The position numbers were made by a program, and so were the translations under genes. Source: Octopus sinensis (taxonomy: Eukaryota). From it: a stretch of DNA of 64,000 bases. Numbering within the stretch: the first letter of the stretch is position 1; every line of letters starts with the position of its first letter. This document shows, in pieces, positions 52,095 through 64,000 of this stretch. The DNA lies in assembly GCF_006345805.1 (NCBI RefSeq), contig NW_021835991.1:372001-436000 (forward strand), written 5' to 3'. The notes beneath the pieces were generated by a model. The model had not been told where the DNA came from, did not search any database, and saw nothing but the letters and a program-made list of their open reading frames with translations.

Positions 52095-54247
52095 TCATAT
52101 ACAACGACTTTTTAAGGAGTCATTTTCGAACACATTAAATTAAAAAAAATGTGGGTTAATTTCTCGAATTTCCTTTTTAATTATCTTTTGCACCTATTCA
52201 AGCTCCTGTAAAAGTCTTTTATCGAAAATTATCTCCAACTACACAAAAACAGTCTAAAAATTCAAACCTACATCATTCCATATGAAAAACAATATTGGAG
52301 TTGTGGCAAAATATTGAATATTGTTTGACCGTAATCTGCTTTCATCGGAATGCAATCTCGAAATAATAAGATATTTAAACGGAGCCTAGAGATATAATGA
52401 ATATCATTACCATTTCGGAAATAGTTTTTAACGTATAGGACAATGTGAAATATTCAAACTGAGATACAATTGTTGATATGAAACATTTATAATAATATCA
52501 ATGTAAATACTGGGGACAAAATTAAAAAAGAAGTATTTTCCAATAATATTCCGATACGCTAGTACAATATATCTTTAATAAATTTATAAGAGAGCATTAC
52601 AGGAAGTTTATTTTAAAGTAGAATCATATCCCAAATGATCAACGCTTTATAACACGTGTGTCTGCACTGTTCAAACTCATGACTAATGTTATGATTACAA
52701 CGTATGAATTTGATTCGGTTAGTCCCGAATTTTTAATCAAAAAATAATTGGATTGTAAAATTTAATGGATCGTTGGCTGTCAAAGAAAAGAAAAATTCAA
52801 ACACTATGAGAAATATGTCTATATTGCGCGTAGAATTTTCTTCTTGAAATTTATTGTTTACTCAAACTAACAAATCATATTTTCAAAAATGATCCAGGCC
52901 GAAATTATAGAAATAACTCATTTGTTCACGGTTGGTGAATATTATAGGGTTTTCCACACTTTCACAAAAAATGGCGAAATTGCTTGAAAAAGTAGCGAAT
53001 TTGTTTGAAACAATAAACCGATAATCTTCTTATGCACAAAATTGCTTGAAAAAGTGGCATAATTGCTTGAAACGAAAAGCCGATAATCTACTTTACACGG
53101 AATTGTGTGAAAAAGTGGCGAAATTGCTTGCAAAAGTAGCGAAAAAGTGTGGAAAACCCTATATTATAAGCATTTGTTACAACTATAAACGATATTTTTT
53201 CAAACTTTCTTAAAAAGCCCTAACTCTATGCTATATAAAAATATAAATAAGGATTATGTGAATAATTCTAATTACTGGCTGATTAACTGAAATTATTTTT
53301 TCAGTCTGAAACTTTTTCCACTCTTGATCAAGACAGGGATATATTTTTTCATGAGCAGAATTAAATTTGTTTTTATTTAAAAAGTAAAAAAAAGTTACCA
53401 AACTAGTAAAAAATGTCCCAGAGTATATGTCTCAGTTATATGAGGAAACATTCATTCGACATTGTGTCATTAATTTGACATTAAATACAAAACAAACTCA
53501 TCTAGTACAATCTATATCGGCAAACGGTTCAGTCTAAATGAGGATGAGTCAATGGCACTCACGTAGTTTTATAATTTCAAAAAATGATGATACTTTCTAA
53601 AAAGTATCTTCCCGAGAACTAAACCAGCTCTTCATTGTTTTGATTTGGTGACATCTGTCAGTAAAAATTTATTCCCAATATGACTTGGTTCAACATTATT
53701 TGCGACATCCTTTAAATTGAGCGTATAGAGAATGAATCCTAAAACTCGACCGACTAGTCATTTTGTGAACTGAAAATAGTATAATAGGGCATTAGTCGCC
53801 TGAATATGTCCTGTTTACAATTTTAGTCATCCCGTACCGGAAGTTCTTTGTTAATATTTTGGTAGGATCAAGCGTATAAAAAATTCGACTCTTCACACTG
53901 TATCAAGTAAACTTCAATTTGAGCACTTTGATGTGATGAGTCCTCCTGTTCCTCAATTTAAACTCTTATGGGCGGTATTCTAATAAACGTAATGAGTAAT
54001 GAAAAATTTCCACCATTTCTTATTTTTCAATTAAAAACAAGAAATTCTTGGTTAATTTTTGAGAGGTTTTTCAGACCTTGATTAATGTCCACTTTTTTAT
54101 TAAATAAAATATGTGAATTAAAAAAGATAATTAAATATATTCTTAAAAAGATTATTTCAATTTAATTTAATCCAATACTTTAAGAGAAAAATGTACAGAT
54201 TTGGCTCTGAAAATTTCAACTTAGCAAATGAAAACCTAAATCTTATT

Positions 54248-56748
54248 TTTTTTTTTTTAATTAAAAAAATTTTTTTTTTTTAAAAGCCAATGTTATAAAA
54301 GAAAATATAAGTTAATTAAGGTTGCTTAAGAGCAGAAAGGATAGCGTGGCTATTACCTCTGACAACGGTTGTTGAAAGGCGTTGAAACAGCCATTCGGTC
54401 TCCCTTCTATCTTTCGTCTGAACCGAGATCAGGGATCCAAGTTTCCTAATAAAAGAGATTGATTCCGGACCGAAGACTCCAGATGACTCCACAATAATCG
54501 GTTGCACTATGAACCTGTCCTTGAGCTCTGAATATTTTAATTTTTTAATTTTTTCGTAGTTCTGTGAAGCATATCCTGGAGAGGAGGCTGAGGCGATCAG
54601 GTTTGTCTCTGAGTAGGTGTCGGTGCAAGCGCAGTCCCAAACAAGGCACTTCCCGTTGGTGTACGGGAAAATTGTTATCCCATCAGGTCTTTTTCCGTCT
54701 GTGCGGATGAGACCAGGAGGCTCCAGCTGTGCCGGGAAACCAGCTGCATGCAAAGCGTTCTTGACAATTAGGTTCATTGCGTGATGTCTTGGAAACCGGC
54801 CTGCACTGCGTCTGCATGAGAGAGCGTGCCGTCCGAATCCGTCAACGGAAGCCCCGCAACTACAGCGGTGCTGGCGACAGATCTTCATGCAAAGGCGTAA
54901 GGAGATTGCAATTCGCAATGTCTCGTCGTCCAGTTTGTTTCCGACTGAAGGGATAGGACATGCATTGAGCCACGCTCCGGATTGTTTTTGTGAAGCGCTT
55001 CTAAGGCATGCAAGACGAGATTGATCAGAGACCTCTTCCAAGTGGTGGTAAATTGACATAGAATACAGGTCGTCCCAACATCTCTGTGAGAATGAGTTAG
55101 CAGGTGTCTTGAGGCCTTTGTTCGACCAAATTTCGATTGCCATCTGATACCAGGAGGATGCGTTGCGTTCAGTGGAAAGGGGGAGAACAGCAACCACCAG
55201 TGAGTCACACGACAATCGAGAAGAGAGGAAAGCGGGTAATGCAATATCTGCTGGGGACCGGAGACCAATGCCTCCGAATCGTATTGGAAGCGTGGCTTGG
55301 GTCCACGAGGCTTCGTCAAAACGAATGTTGCAGAGATTTTCGGCACTGTGTTTCAGCCCTGTTTCCAGTTCTTTGAGAAGTTCAGGGTTTATAAAGCAGG
55401 GGGCAGAGCGGAGAACGTGTTGTAGCTTGGGGAGTGATATGAAGTTTTTCAACAAGAAAAACCCTTCGTGAGCGTCCAGGATGGATAGCCTGCTTGACAT
55501 GAGCTCAAAAGTGGATAATTTTCCGGACAGTATTTTCTCGATTCCTTCCGAGAAAATGGGAGATCCTAAGACTTCAAGCGACCCTTTCCTGGTTATAATA
55601 CCACCCGGTAAGATTGAGTGATATTTTTCCACTATAGTCGCGAAATCTTCCTCGTTGGCGTTGAGGTTTATGATCTCACATTTTGAAGGGTTCAACTGTA
55701 ATCCAATTTTGTTCAGACTTACAGCGATTGATTCTATATCCAAGATGACTTGGTGAGCAGGACCACCAATAGTAATGTCATCCAGATACCAAACGTTGAG
55801 CGGTGATTTTACGGCGTGTGCTGTTGGGTTAACGCCCATGGAGAAGAGTAATGGACCAAGGGGGTCACCTTGTTGGACCCCAGAGGAGGACAAGATCGTG
55901 TGTCCGTCTATCATTAGTTCAGGTGTGCAACCGTAGCACATGCTGGCCATCGGGAGTAATGGAATGTTATGTTTGCTGCATTCTTTAAGGAAGTATGAGC
56001 GGTCGATGCAATTAAAAGCATTTTTCATGTCCAATTTAGCAAGAATACAGTCGTTATAAGCAGAGTGTGAAAACTCTGTAAAATCCCTCACGGCGTGGAC
56101 AGTGGCTTCGCAGCCACCTTTAACACCGACACCCATCTGTATGTTATGGAAAATTTTCGGAAACAGATGTGAAGACCTGGCGCAAGCGATCTTAGCCGCC
56201 AGTCTCCTGAAAACATTACCGACGGATATGGGACGGATTCCACCGTCCTTTTTATTCAGCGCGGTCAGGTTACCCGAGAGAAAAAGGGAGCGTGGGAAAT
56301 CAGACAGAGACCCTTCGAGGAATGCGTTCATTAGACCACAAATATCCGTCAAAAGACGTTCTCCGGCTGCGGAAGCTGAAGAGGAGACCAGATCCATGAT
56401 ATGACTTGGACGGAGGCCATCGATTCCACCGCTGCTACTAGGGCGAAAAGACTTCAGGGCTCTCAACACTTCGTCTTTATCGACATGCACAAAATCATGA
56501 TCTGGGCTTGGTGTTGGTACTGTTGTAGGAGAAGATGGAGTGGGATGTTTTGCTAGGAGGGACTGTAATGTTTGTTCGTCAACCCTCGCAACTTTATCGT
56601 CTGAGGAAATAATTCTCAAGGCGGCCGAGAAGTCGCCCGACATTAACTTGGAACGTACTCTCTTGCGTAGGTTTTCGTTGTGGTTTAGTCTTGGTTTTGA
56701 CAGTGAGTGGCTTTCCTGAGATATTAATGTGTCGATGGAAAAGGGGAA
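54248..56748 (-). mobile_element. Young 5'-truncated CRE-like non-LTR retrotransposon
   Basis: TSD taaatcttatt at 54237-54247 and 56749-56759; poly(A) tail; empty site at 40358-40368. Confidence 0.95.
54316..56643 (-). CDS. RT + CCHC knuckle + restriction-like endonuclease polyprotein (frame open to the element's 5' end)
   Basis: IRPISVG, LDMKNAFN, GVQQGDPLGP, YLDD, CSCG..HALSC, RHH, RPDG..WD, K..KY; 775 codons uninterrupted. Confidence 0.95.
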   Translation of the reverse strand: MSGDFSAALRIISSDDKVARVDEQTLQSLLAKHPTPSSPTTVPTPSPDHDFVHVDKDEVLRALKSFRPSSSGGIDGLRPSHIMDLVSSSASAAGERLLTDICGLMNAFLEGSLSDFPRSLFLSGNLTALNKKDGGIRPISVGNVFRRLAAKIACARSSHLFPKIFHNIQMGVGVKGGCEATVHAVRDFTEFSHSAYNDCILAKLDMKNAFNCIDRSYFLKECSKHNIPLLPMASMCYGCTPELMIDGHTILSSSGVQQGDPLGPLLFSMGVNPTAHAVKSPLNVWYLDDITIGGPAHQVILDIESIAVSLNKIGLQLNPSKCEIINLNANEEDFATIVEKYHSILPGGIITRKGSLEVLGSPIFSEGIEKILSGKLSTFELMSSRLSILDAHEGFFLLKNFISLPKLQHVLRSAPCFINPELLKELETGLKHSAENLCNIRFDEASWTQATLPIRFGGIGLRSPADIALPAFLSSRLSCDSLVVAVLPLSTERNASSWYQMAIEIWSNKGLKTPANSFSQRCWDDLYSMSIYHHLEEVSDQSRLACLRSASQKQSGAWLNACPIPSVGNKLDDETLRIAISLRLCMKICRQHRCSCGASVDGFGRHALSCRRSAGRFPRHHAMNLIVKNALHAAGFPAQLEPPGLIRTDGKRPDGITIFPYTNGKCLVWDCACTDTYSETNLIASASSPGYASQNYEKIKKLKYSELKDRFIVQPIIVESSGVFGPESISFIRKLGSLISVQTKDRRETEWLFQRLSTTVVRGNSHAILSALKQP

Positions 56749-57567
56749 TAAATCTTATTAAAACTTGAATTGATCTTAATCCAATAATAGTTGATCTGAT
56801 TCTAAGATTCATTAAGCTTAATATAAATACAGAATATTTTTTCAAAATCAATGGAATCGTCATTGTCAATATCATTCCTAAAAGTTTAACACAGATTTAA
56901 TACCTATAAACATAAAAACCGGAAATGAAATAACACGAAATAAAAGAGATATCAGTAAAAGACCAAATAAACACTAAATCATTCAAATGCCATATTTTAC
57001 CTTAAAACTCTTAAATTTATCTTCAAATTGTAAAAGGCTTAGTAAAAGTTTTTTTGAAATTTTACAGTAAATGCAACAGCAATTAATAATTTCACATAGT
57101 CGTTCTTGACTAACAATATAATTTCAGGATGGATAAATTTTCTAAATATTTTTAATAAAAACTATACTTTAATGGATTTTGATATAACAAATATTGATAA
57201 CGATAACCAAATAAATTACACGCTTTAAGGGTAGCAGAAGTAAAAAAAATTCCCAAAATTATATTTGATAGGGAATATAAAAAATTTTGATAATAAAATG
57301 AAACAATAATAGCAGTGAAAGAAATAAGAAAACATATCGAATAAGTTTTGTTTTTCCAATAAATGATATTTGAAACTGATAAATAATTAGTCTAATTATA
57401 ACTGTTATGATTTTGTTCTTCGTTAAAAAAAATCTTTGTTAAAAATGAAGGAAATTGAAAAAATTCTGAAGATTGCTCATCTATAGTGTTAGTCAAGAAG
57501 TTTTACCGGATTTTAGTAAATTTTTTTGATCGTCTATAATTTCTTTATTGATGTAAAGACTCGCCAT
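56749..57567 (-). pseudogene. Reticulon copy B (1-nt deletion at ~57122; stop codon interrupted by the CRE insertion)
   Basis: Duplicate of 40357-41178. Confidence 0.75.
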
Positions 57568-60500
57568 CTGATTATCACAAGAATACTTGATAAGAGAACA
57601 AACTGTTTATGCTAATTATCAATGAATTAATTATAAATTATATTTAAACTAACGCTTCTTCAAATCTAAATAATTTATATGTCGGTTAAAAATTTTTTCC
57701 ATTTATTTTGTAACATGCGACCTCAATAGATGACGAGAAAGGTATTAGTAAAATTCATTATTTGATATTGTTCCCTGTGCGTCATTTGGCCTCAATATTT
57801 GATCTAAACACTAACACCATATTCAGTCCTCAACTGTCTTGGACAATTTTCTTGAATTTATTTATAATAATTTTTTTTTAACTTCAAACATTTTTAACCG
57901 GAAAAAGAGTTCTTCAAAATAGCTAATTAAGTGTCAGCAGTGGCTGCACCTCGGATTGCAAGCCAGTTACCTCGCAAGATTGCGATCGATATCCTCTGGT
58001 ACAGCCATCCGATTTGGCGGTGGTCCTTCGTGCACTTTTGGATGCACTTCCTAATTTCGGTCAGAAGCGACACTCCGGCCGTCCCTATCACTCCACTTGT
58101 CTCCACAGCAATCGGGACAAAGTGGTAATTTGGTGGGAGAGAGGCGTATTTCTTCCGCTTCGTCTCCTCAGCCCGACGGGAAGCGAAGCCGGGGGAGGAC
58201 GCAGACTGAGCAACGGTCCCGGGGGGCAAAGGTGTCCGCGCAGGTAACATCCCAAACGAGACATTTCCCCTCCGAGAATGGAAAGACCGTCATTCCGTCT
58301 GGACGCTTGCCGTCGCCACGGTCGAAGCCGACAACTTTCTCGGACAGGGACGTGAAGGCAGGATGAATAATTATTTAGCTATCTAAAAAAATAATGGCTT
58401 ACGATACGAACTCTTATAATGTCTGATAGTAATTTTTTTCGCACTATAAAGTCATTGCAAGTAAAAAAATTGTTGAAAATTTGGCTTCTCAATGTGATAA
58501 ACATTTTAAACACTATTATCTCAAGATATACAGTATATTTGTTCTTTCGGGCCGTTTACTGAAGTTTTGCATTCAATTTATTTCTTTCATAATTTATTAG
58601 TTATTAAAAATCAAAAGACTTGGAAAGTTTTATTCTATTATTTTATGGTGAGATATTCAAATAGAATGTCTGTCATAAGGAGTTTATTTTAAGTTAAAAC
58701 CAGTCTAACTAAAGCAAAGGCCTGGTAGCATGCGATTAAATATTACCACGTCGAGATTAATTAAGAGCTTTTCTGCAATTTGTTTTACATTTTTTAAATA
58801 CAACTGATCGTCTTTTAATTTCGCAAAAACTTTCAAAAACGATTGATTATCGGTGTCAATAAAAATTTATGTTTTGTTCTGTTTTAAGTAATTGAATAAT
58901 GAATATCAAATGTTTTATTTGATAATGTTCCGACAATCTAATCTATTTTATAATATTATTTTTAACCATATAGTAAACATATGAATTTTTTCCATTACAC
59001 AAAGTTTTATCAAGTACTTTATCTGATAAAAGACTGTAGAATTGTTTTTTAGATGGAAATCAATAAAGACTGCATTGTTGAGATTGCAAAATCAGTGATT
59101 TCCAATTATAATTTTTATTTCTGTTGCTGTCGTGAGAGGCAACGCATCGTCGATAATGTCGGCGGGGTCTATTTCGGATGGATGGCTTTGTTAACTTCTC
59201 GTTGATGTAACTATTATTTTTTATAAAAGTCGAATTTTTATTTTAAAATCGAACAGAATTGAATCGCGAGCATTGCATTTCTAAAAAATCCTGTTCTTCG
59301 GCGATACATTTCTGAAACAATATAATTTAACAATTTAACTTTTTGGCTACAATCTGAGTATCTCATTTGAATTTGGTCACATATAGTTTCATCACTTACT
59401 CTTAGAAATATGAAAAACAAAAAATACTTGCACTTAAGTTGTTCGATAAGGAATCCGGAGGCACATCGACTAGAACAATTTGTAATTTTTAACCATTTAG
59501 AATTATTTTGTTGCTAAACAAAACTAGTAAGAATTCGTGAAATACCCCAATATGAATATGATAGTCATTATTTTTGACACAACCAATAAAACAAGTATGA
59601 TTAGCATTTTTCTAATCTTCAAAACAAATAAAATAGGTAACGATTTAACCACAATAAATCCATGTTATTTGTAATTAAGAATAATAGTTTTGCATGGTTC
59701 ATTTAATTCGAGGAATAACGGATAGGATTTCATTTCCGTATGCTGAATCTTGTTCAATATAGCTTAAAACCGAATCTTTCATCGAATCCTATTAATTGGC
59801 AAAAATTAACCGAGAAATTGAGTATTTGTAGAATATTGTAATCATTATTTTGTAGAAATTCATTATTAAGTTGTTCTTTAAATTTTTCATTTTGAAATAA
59901 ACCACAAACTTTTATAAATATATCGTTCGCAATATTACGTGGAAATTGCCTGTCGGCGACTCATCTAATTTAGTTAAAATTAATTATTATAAAAAAACTT
60001 CTATAAATTCAACGTTCATATTTTTTAATCAAGCAAATATAATTAAAAATTTATAGATTTTTCGTGAATAAATTAGCCGACAAAAATTAAGCATACAAAC
60101 TGTGTAAAGTTTACACACACTGTAAACTATACTTTAACTTTAACCCTCAGTTAGGAATAACTAAAATTACATGATTAAAGTGAAAAAATTTCTCAGTTGA
60201 GCATTTATTATCAGTTGTTATCAATACAGGTCTCAATTCATCATAGAAAATAAAAAATAGGTACATGCATATGTGCATAACAAGAATAACTAATAAAAAG
60301 GTTTTGAATTCTAATCAACTAGCTCTAACAGAGTACCAAGCGATAAATAAAAAATAAACGTGTCAGTCATAAATTAATATTTTTAGTATTTTTAATTAAT
60401 AAATTAATATAATTAAAAACATTTTCTTTACTAAATAAGTATAAGAGTTTTTGTTAAAAAAATTGGGTGAAAAATGATGAGTGAAAAAGGAATACGCAAA

Positions 60501-61185
60501 TTTATTAATTATTCTGACTTGAAAAATTAATTCATTTGTAGAATAATGCAAAGTCAATAGTTAGATGTTGTGTTTTTATTTATTGTTGAAATAACGGATC
60601 AATATTATATAAAATTTTGTTTATAACGAAGATCTTTACAGATAACAAATCCAAATCTGTTGCCGGTCCTCAAAATATATTTTGTGATATATATTGTCTT
60701 TAAATATATTGTAATTAATTTTTTGTTCTCCATTGATCTCGAAAACTATGTGGCTGGAAAAATGAAGTCTCGGGTACATATGTGCCCTGTCTTCGCGGAA
60801 ATGTTATCTTATTATATATATTGTCCTAATCATATACTATTTGACGTTTTCAGTTTTAAAAGTTTTGTCTTTGGTCAAAATTTTATGAAGAACTGGACTA
60901 GTTGAAACTTTTCCGAAGACAAAAAAAATTTCATTTTCGTTAACAATTTTTATAATTTCATTCTAGTTAATTCTCTTTTTGATATAACTATTTTCCTTAA
61001 GATCGGGTGTTCTCCGAAAATTGTGAGCTTTATAGATAAAAAAAAGTTCCTAGAAGCACTAAGAGCATCAAAAAATGAGAATATTAATTCCATATTTCGT
61101 CTAATTTATTGGAAAATCTAAAGGTAGTTTTATTTCAGCAAAAAGTTACCTTCGACTATCTGGAGGTAGTTTTGTTAGAAAGTTC

Positions 61186-61475
61186 GGTACTTGTAGATTT
61201 CATGCTGCACGAATTAAAATTAAAAAAATGAACAATGCCGAATTTGTAAATATTATTATAAATTTTTTTAAATAAAATTTTGAATTTGTAAGTGCGTTGT
61301 GGGGATGAATAATAACTTTTCTATGCGAAATTTTTCCAAATTGAAGGACTACGAACTACCACGGTCGGAAATGGAGTCAGTTACGTTCTTACAGGAGGTC
61401 GGAATCATACCAAGCTTGTTACAGTGTTAACAAGCACAGAAGAAAGAAAAATCAATGCTCTTGAAATCCACGAAA
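61186..61475 (+). mobile_element. Possible Merlin/IS1595-like transposon 5' relic (mostly absent from copy A at ~44815)
   Basis: LPRSEMESVTFLQEVGIIPSLLQC resembles Merlin N-termini; ~280 bp present only in copy B. Confidence 0.45.
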
Positions 61476-64000
61476 CAAATTATTTTGGGGATAATGCTCT
61501 GGATGCACTTTGCAAAATGAATTTTTTTTAATCAAGCGAAACTAAGTTCAATATTTGCAAGTTTGCTGTGTCACTGAAACAGTGTGATGATTCAAACTTA
61601 CATTGTCGCTAATTTAGTTAAAAAAGTATCAAATCGATTTGTTTAATTATAGAAAGTTCAAGTTCACCTAATCGTATCATTTGAGCAGTGGGAAATCAGC
61701 TGACAGTATCAGAGAATATCTATAGCAATCTTGCGAGGTAACTCGTTTGCTATTCGCGGTGCAACCACTGACGATTCCTAATCCTAATTTTTATCAATAA
61801 TATTTTTTCATATTTATGATTATTAGTAATTCCAAATATTATTTGCTTTCTGAAATTTACATTAAACTTATTAAAGGAATAATTCACGCAAATTAAATTA
61901 AGAAAAGTTAAGGAAATTAATTAAATGACATTACAAATTATAAAGGAAAGAAAATTTTATTTAACCAAAACCGAAAACGTTTTTATTTTAAGAGAAATCA
62001 TAATTTTTATTTTAAATTTATGCTTTTAGTTAGATGTTGTGTTTTTATTCGTTTTTGTCCTTTTTCAAAATCCTACAAAATTGTCCTACAAAATCGTCTG
62101 TAATTATTCCTTTTTCAAAATCCTACAAAATTGTAAATTTACAAAAAAACTAGACGTGAACTAAATATCATTGTCTACGTAAGTGAGCGAATTCTCACTA
62201 AGATGCCGACACTTTTGGAGTAGGTCAATGTGGCTGAAATATGGAAATAACTCTTCGATCAGAAGGTTTATTTTCATATTTACAGGATCGGATATCAAGA
62301 GTATGCTTTACCAGGATTACAGATGGAGGCTTAATGGAAAGGTTCTTCCATCTTCTGTTCTAGATTAATCAATGTGTGAGAACTTGAAGACGTACATTAA
62401 ATTAAATACCCCAATACGCACTCTTTGATAACTTCGAAGGCTCAGTACTTAGTCTATCAAAATAAAAGAACTATTTTAAGATAAATATTTCCGCGCAATT
62501 CAATAAGTTGAAATTTGATATTTCTTGAAGTGAATTTCGACAAGTTACAGCTTTGCGTACTTAGCAATAATTGAAAAATGTGTTATTATAAAAACAACTT
62601 TAAATATTTTTAGCGTATTAAAGAAAAAAAATTTATGTCTGATGAAATAGATTCACGTAAAATACGGGTTTTCTGAATTTGATTTTAATTATACAGCAAG
62701 CAAGATTAGTAAAAGTAGAATATGCATCTGATAGATTCACCCAGGTTATATTTAATAATTATTTCAGATGATGGAATCTTTGGAATTTGATAAAAATGAA
62801 CCGAATGAAAATGATTATAAATACCTTAATTAATTGATTCTAAGTTCATGGTATAATAAATTTCGAGTTATATTTTTTCCCAACTAATTTAATATTTTTT
62901 TATTTGAGATTTATTCTTATAATATTTTTAAGCAACAAGATCATTTTCTATTGTAGAAAAACAGCATATATATTCCTAATCTTTTGTACATAATAGATTT
63001 AAAGTTTTTCTTAATATGCTAGGAATTTTATGAGAGCTAAACAAATCTTTTAAAAAACTGTCAAAAAATCGTCAAAACCTATTTTCATGACTGTGAGGAT
63101 TGCTGTTGGTATATATAAATTTTATCAACTTCTTCCTGAAATTATTTTATTTACCAAAAATAAAGTGAAGAATAAAATATTAAAAGACAAAGGTGGCAGA
63201 TTTAGGATTTTATGTTGATATATCTCTACATCTGTCTACCCTGAATGTTGAACTACCAGGCAAAAATAAGCTTAATTATCAAATTTGTGGATATATTGAT
63301 GAATTCGCAAAAAAATTACGTTTATAGAAAACGCAGATATTTACCAATTAAACTAGCAGAGTCTTAAAAAGGACTTAAATTCATTGAGATTATGTGCAAC
63401 TCCACCAATTATGAAAAGTGAGGAGGTTTCCAGAATTTATCAACTGGAATTAATTAATTTACAAGGTGATATTGAACTGAAAAGTGTGTTCAGCAGCACT
63501 TCAATCATTGAATTTTATTTGAGACTACCAGATTGCCGATTTCCGAATCTAATCAATAATGATAAAATCAATTAAGCAATTCTAAGATCAACATCTGTCT
63601 GCGAATCGACATTTAGTAAACTGTTCGAATTAAATGATTTTTTTGCGTACTTAAACTTGTCAAATTAAAGCTAATTTTAATTTTTAAATAATAAATAATT
63701 GTTAAAAAAATATTGGTGGCCTTTTAATTTTTTTGTTTGTGGGCCCTAATTAAAAAAGCTTGAGGATCACTGATTTATACAAGTAATTTTTGTCAAAATT
63801 CATTAAAAAATTTTTATTGTGCTAATATCAAATAAATTACGAACGAGAGTATTTCTGTAAAATTTCCAGCTCAGCAATTAAAACTTGATTAAAAAAAGAT
63901 CCCTACATGTTTAAATTGAAAGTAGAATTCAGCAATTCCAAAGACTGGCAGATGTTCCTGAAAAGCATTTAAATTCGTTACTACATAAGAAAGTGTGGTA

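Larger units (their letters stand above)
49014..64000 (+). repeat. Tandem segmental duplicate: 49014-51307 = 31612-33905 and 52329-64000 = 38450-47307
   Basis: Direct collinear identity read along both copies, with copy-specific insertions and deletions. Confidence 0.95.

Overview
AT-rich, repeat-dense nuclear DNA from an animal-like eukaryote; nothing here looks prokaryotic. The main signal is hidden from the ORF track: almost every host gene is split by ultra-short GT-AG introns, nearly all 22-29 nt. Splicing them out by hand gives a puromycin-sensitive M1 aminopeptidase (9 introns), an ERCC6L/PICH SNF2 helicase (~14 introns), a RASSF2/4/6-like protein, a reticulon (2 copies), a RING-H2 protein and a prominin/tweety-like membrane protein. 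There are also damaged TMEM53, HP1, Snail-like and proteasome-beta sequences. Intron size and gene content point to a reduced parasitic metazoan such as a dicyemid or myxozoan, but this is inference only. The rest is mostly transposons: many CRE-like RLE retrotransposons (one young 2.5-kb copy whose empty site is also in the window), RTE, Jockey/I-like and R4/Dong elements, a Ginger-like TIR element with its own 26-nt intron and telomere-like repeats, and pogo/Tigger, hAT, Helitron and Merlin relics. From 49014 to the end the window is a ~17.4-kb-offset tandem duplicate of 31612-47307. All gene models and family calls were made by eye, without database searches.
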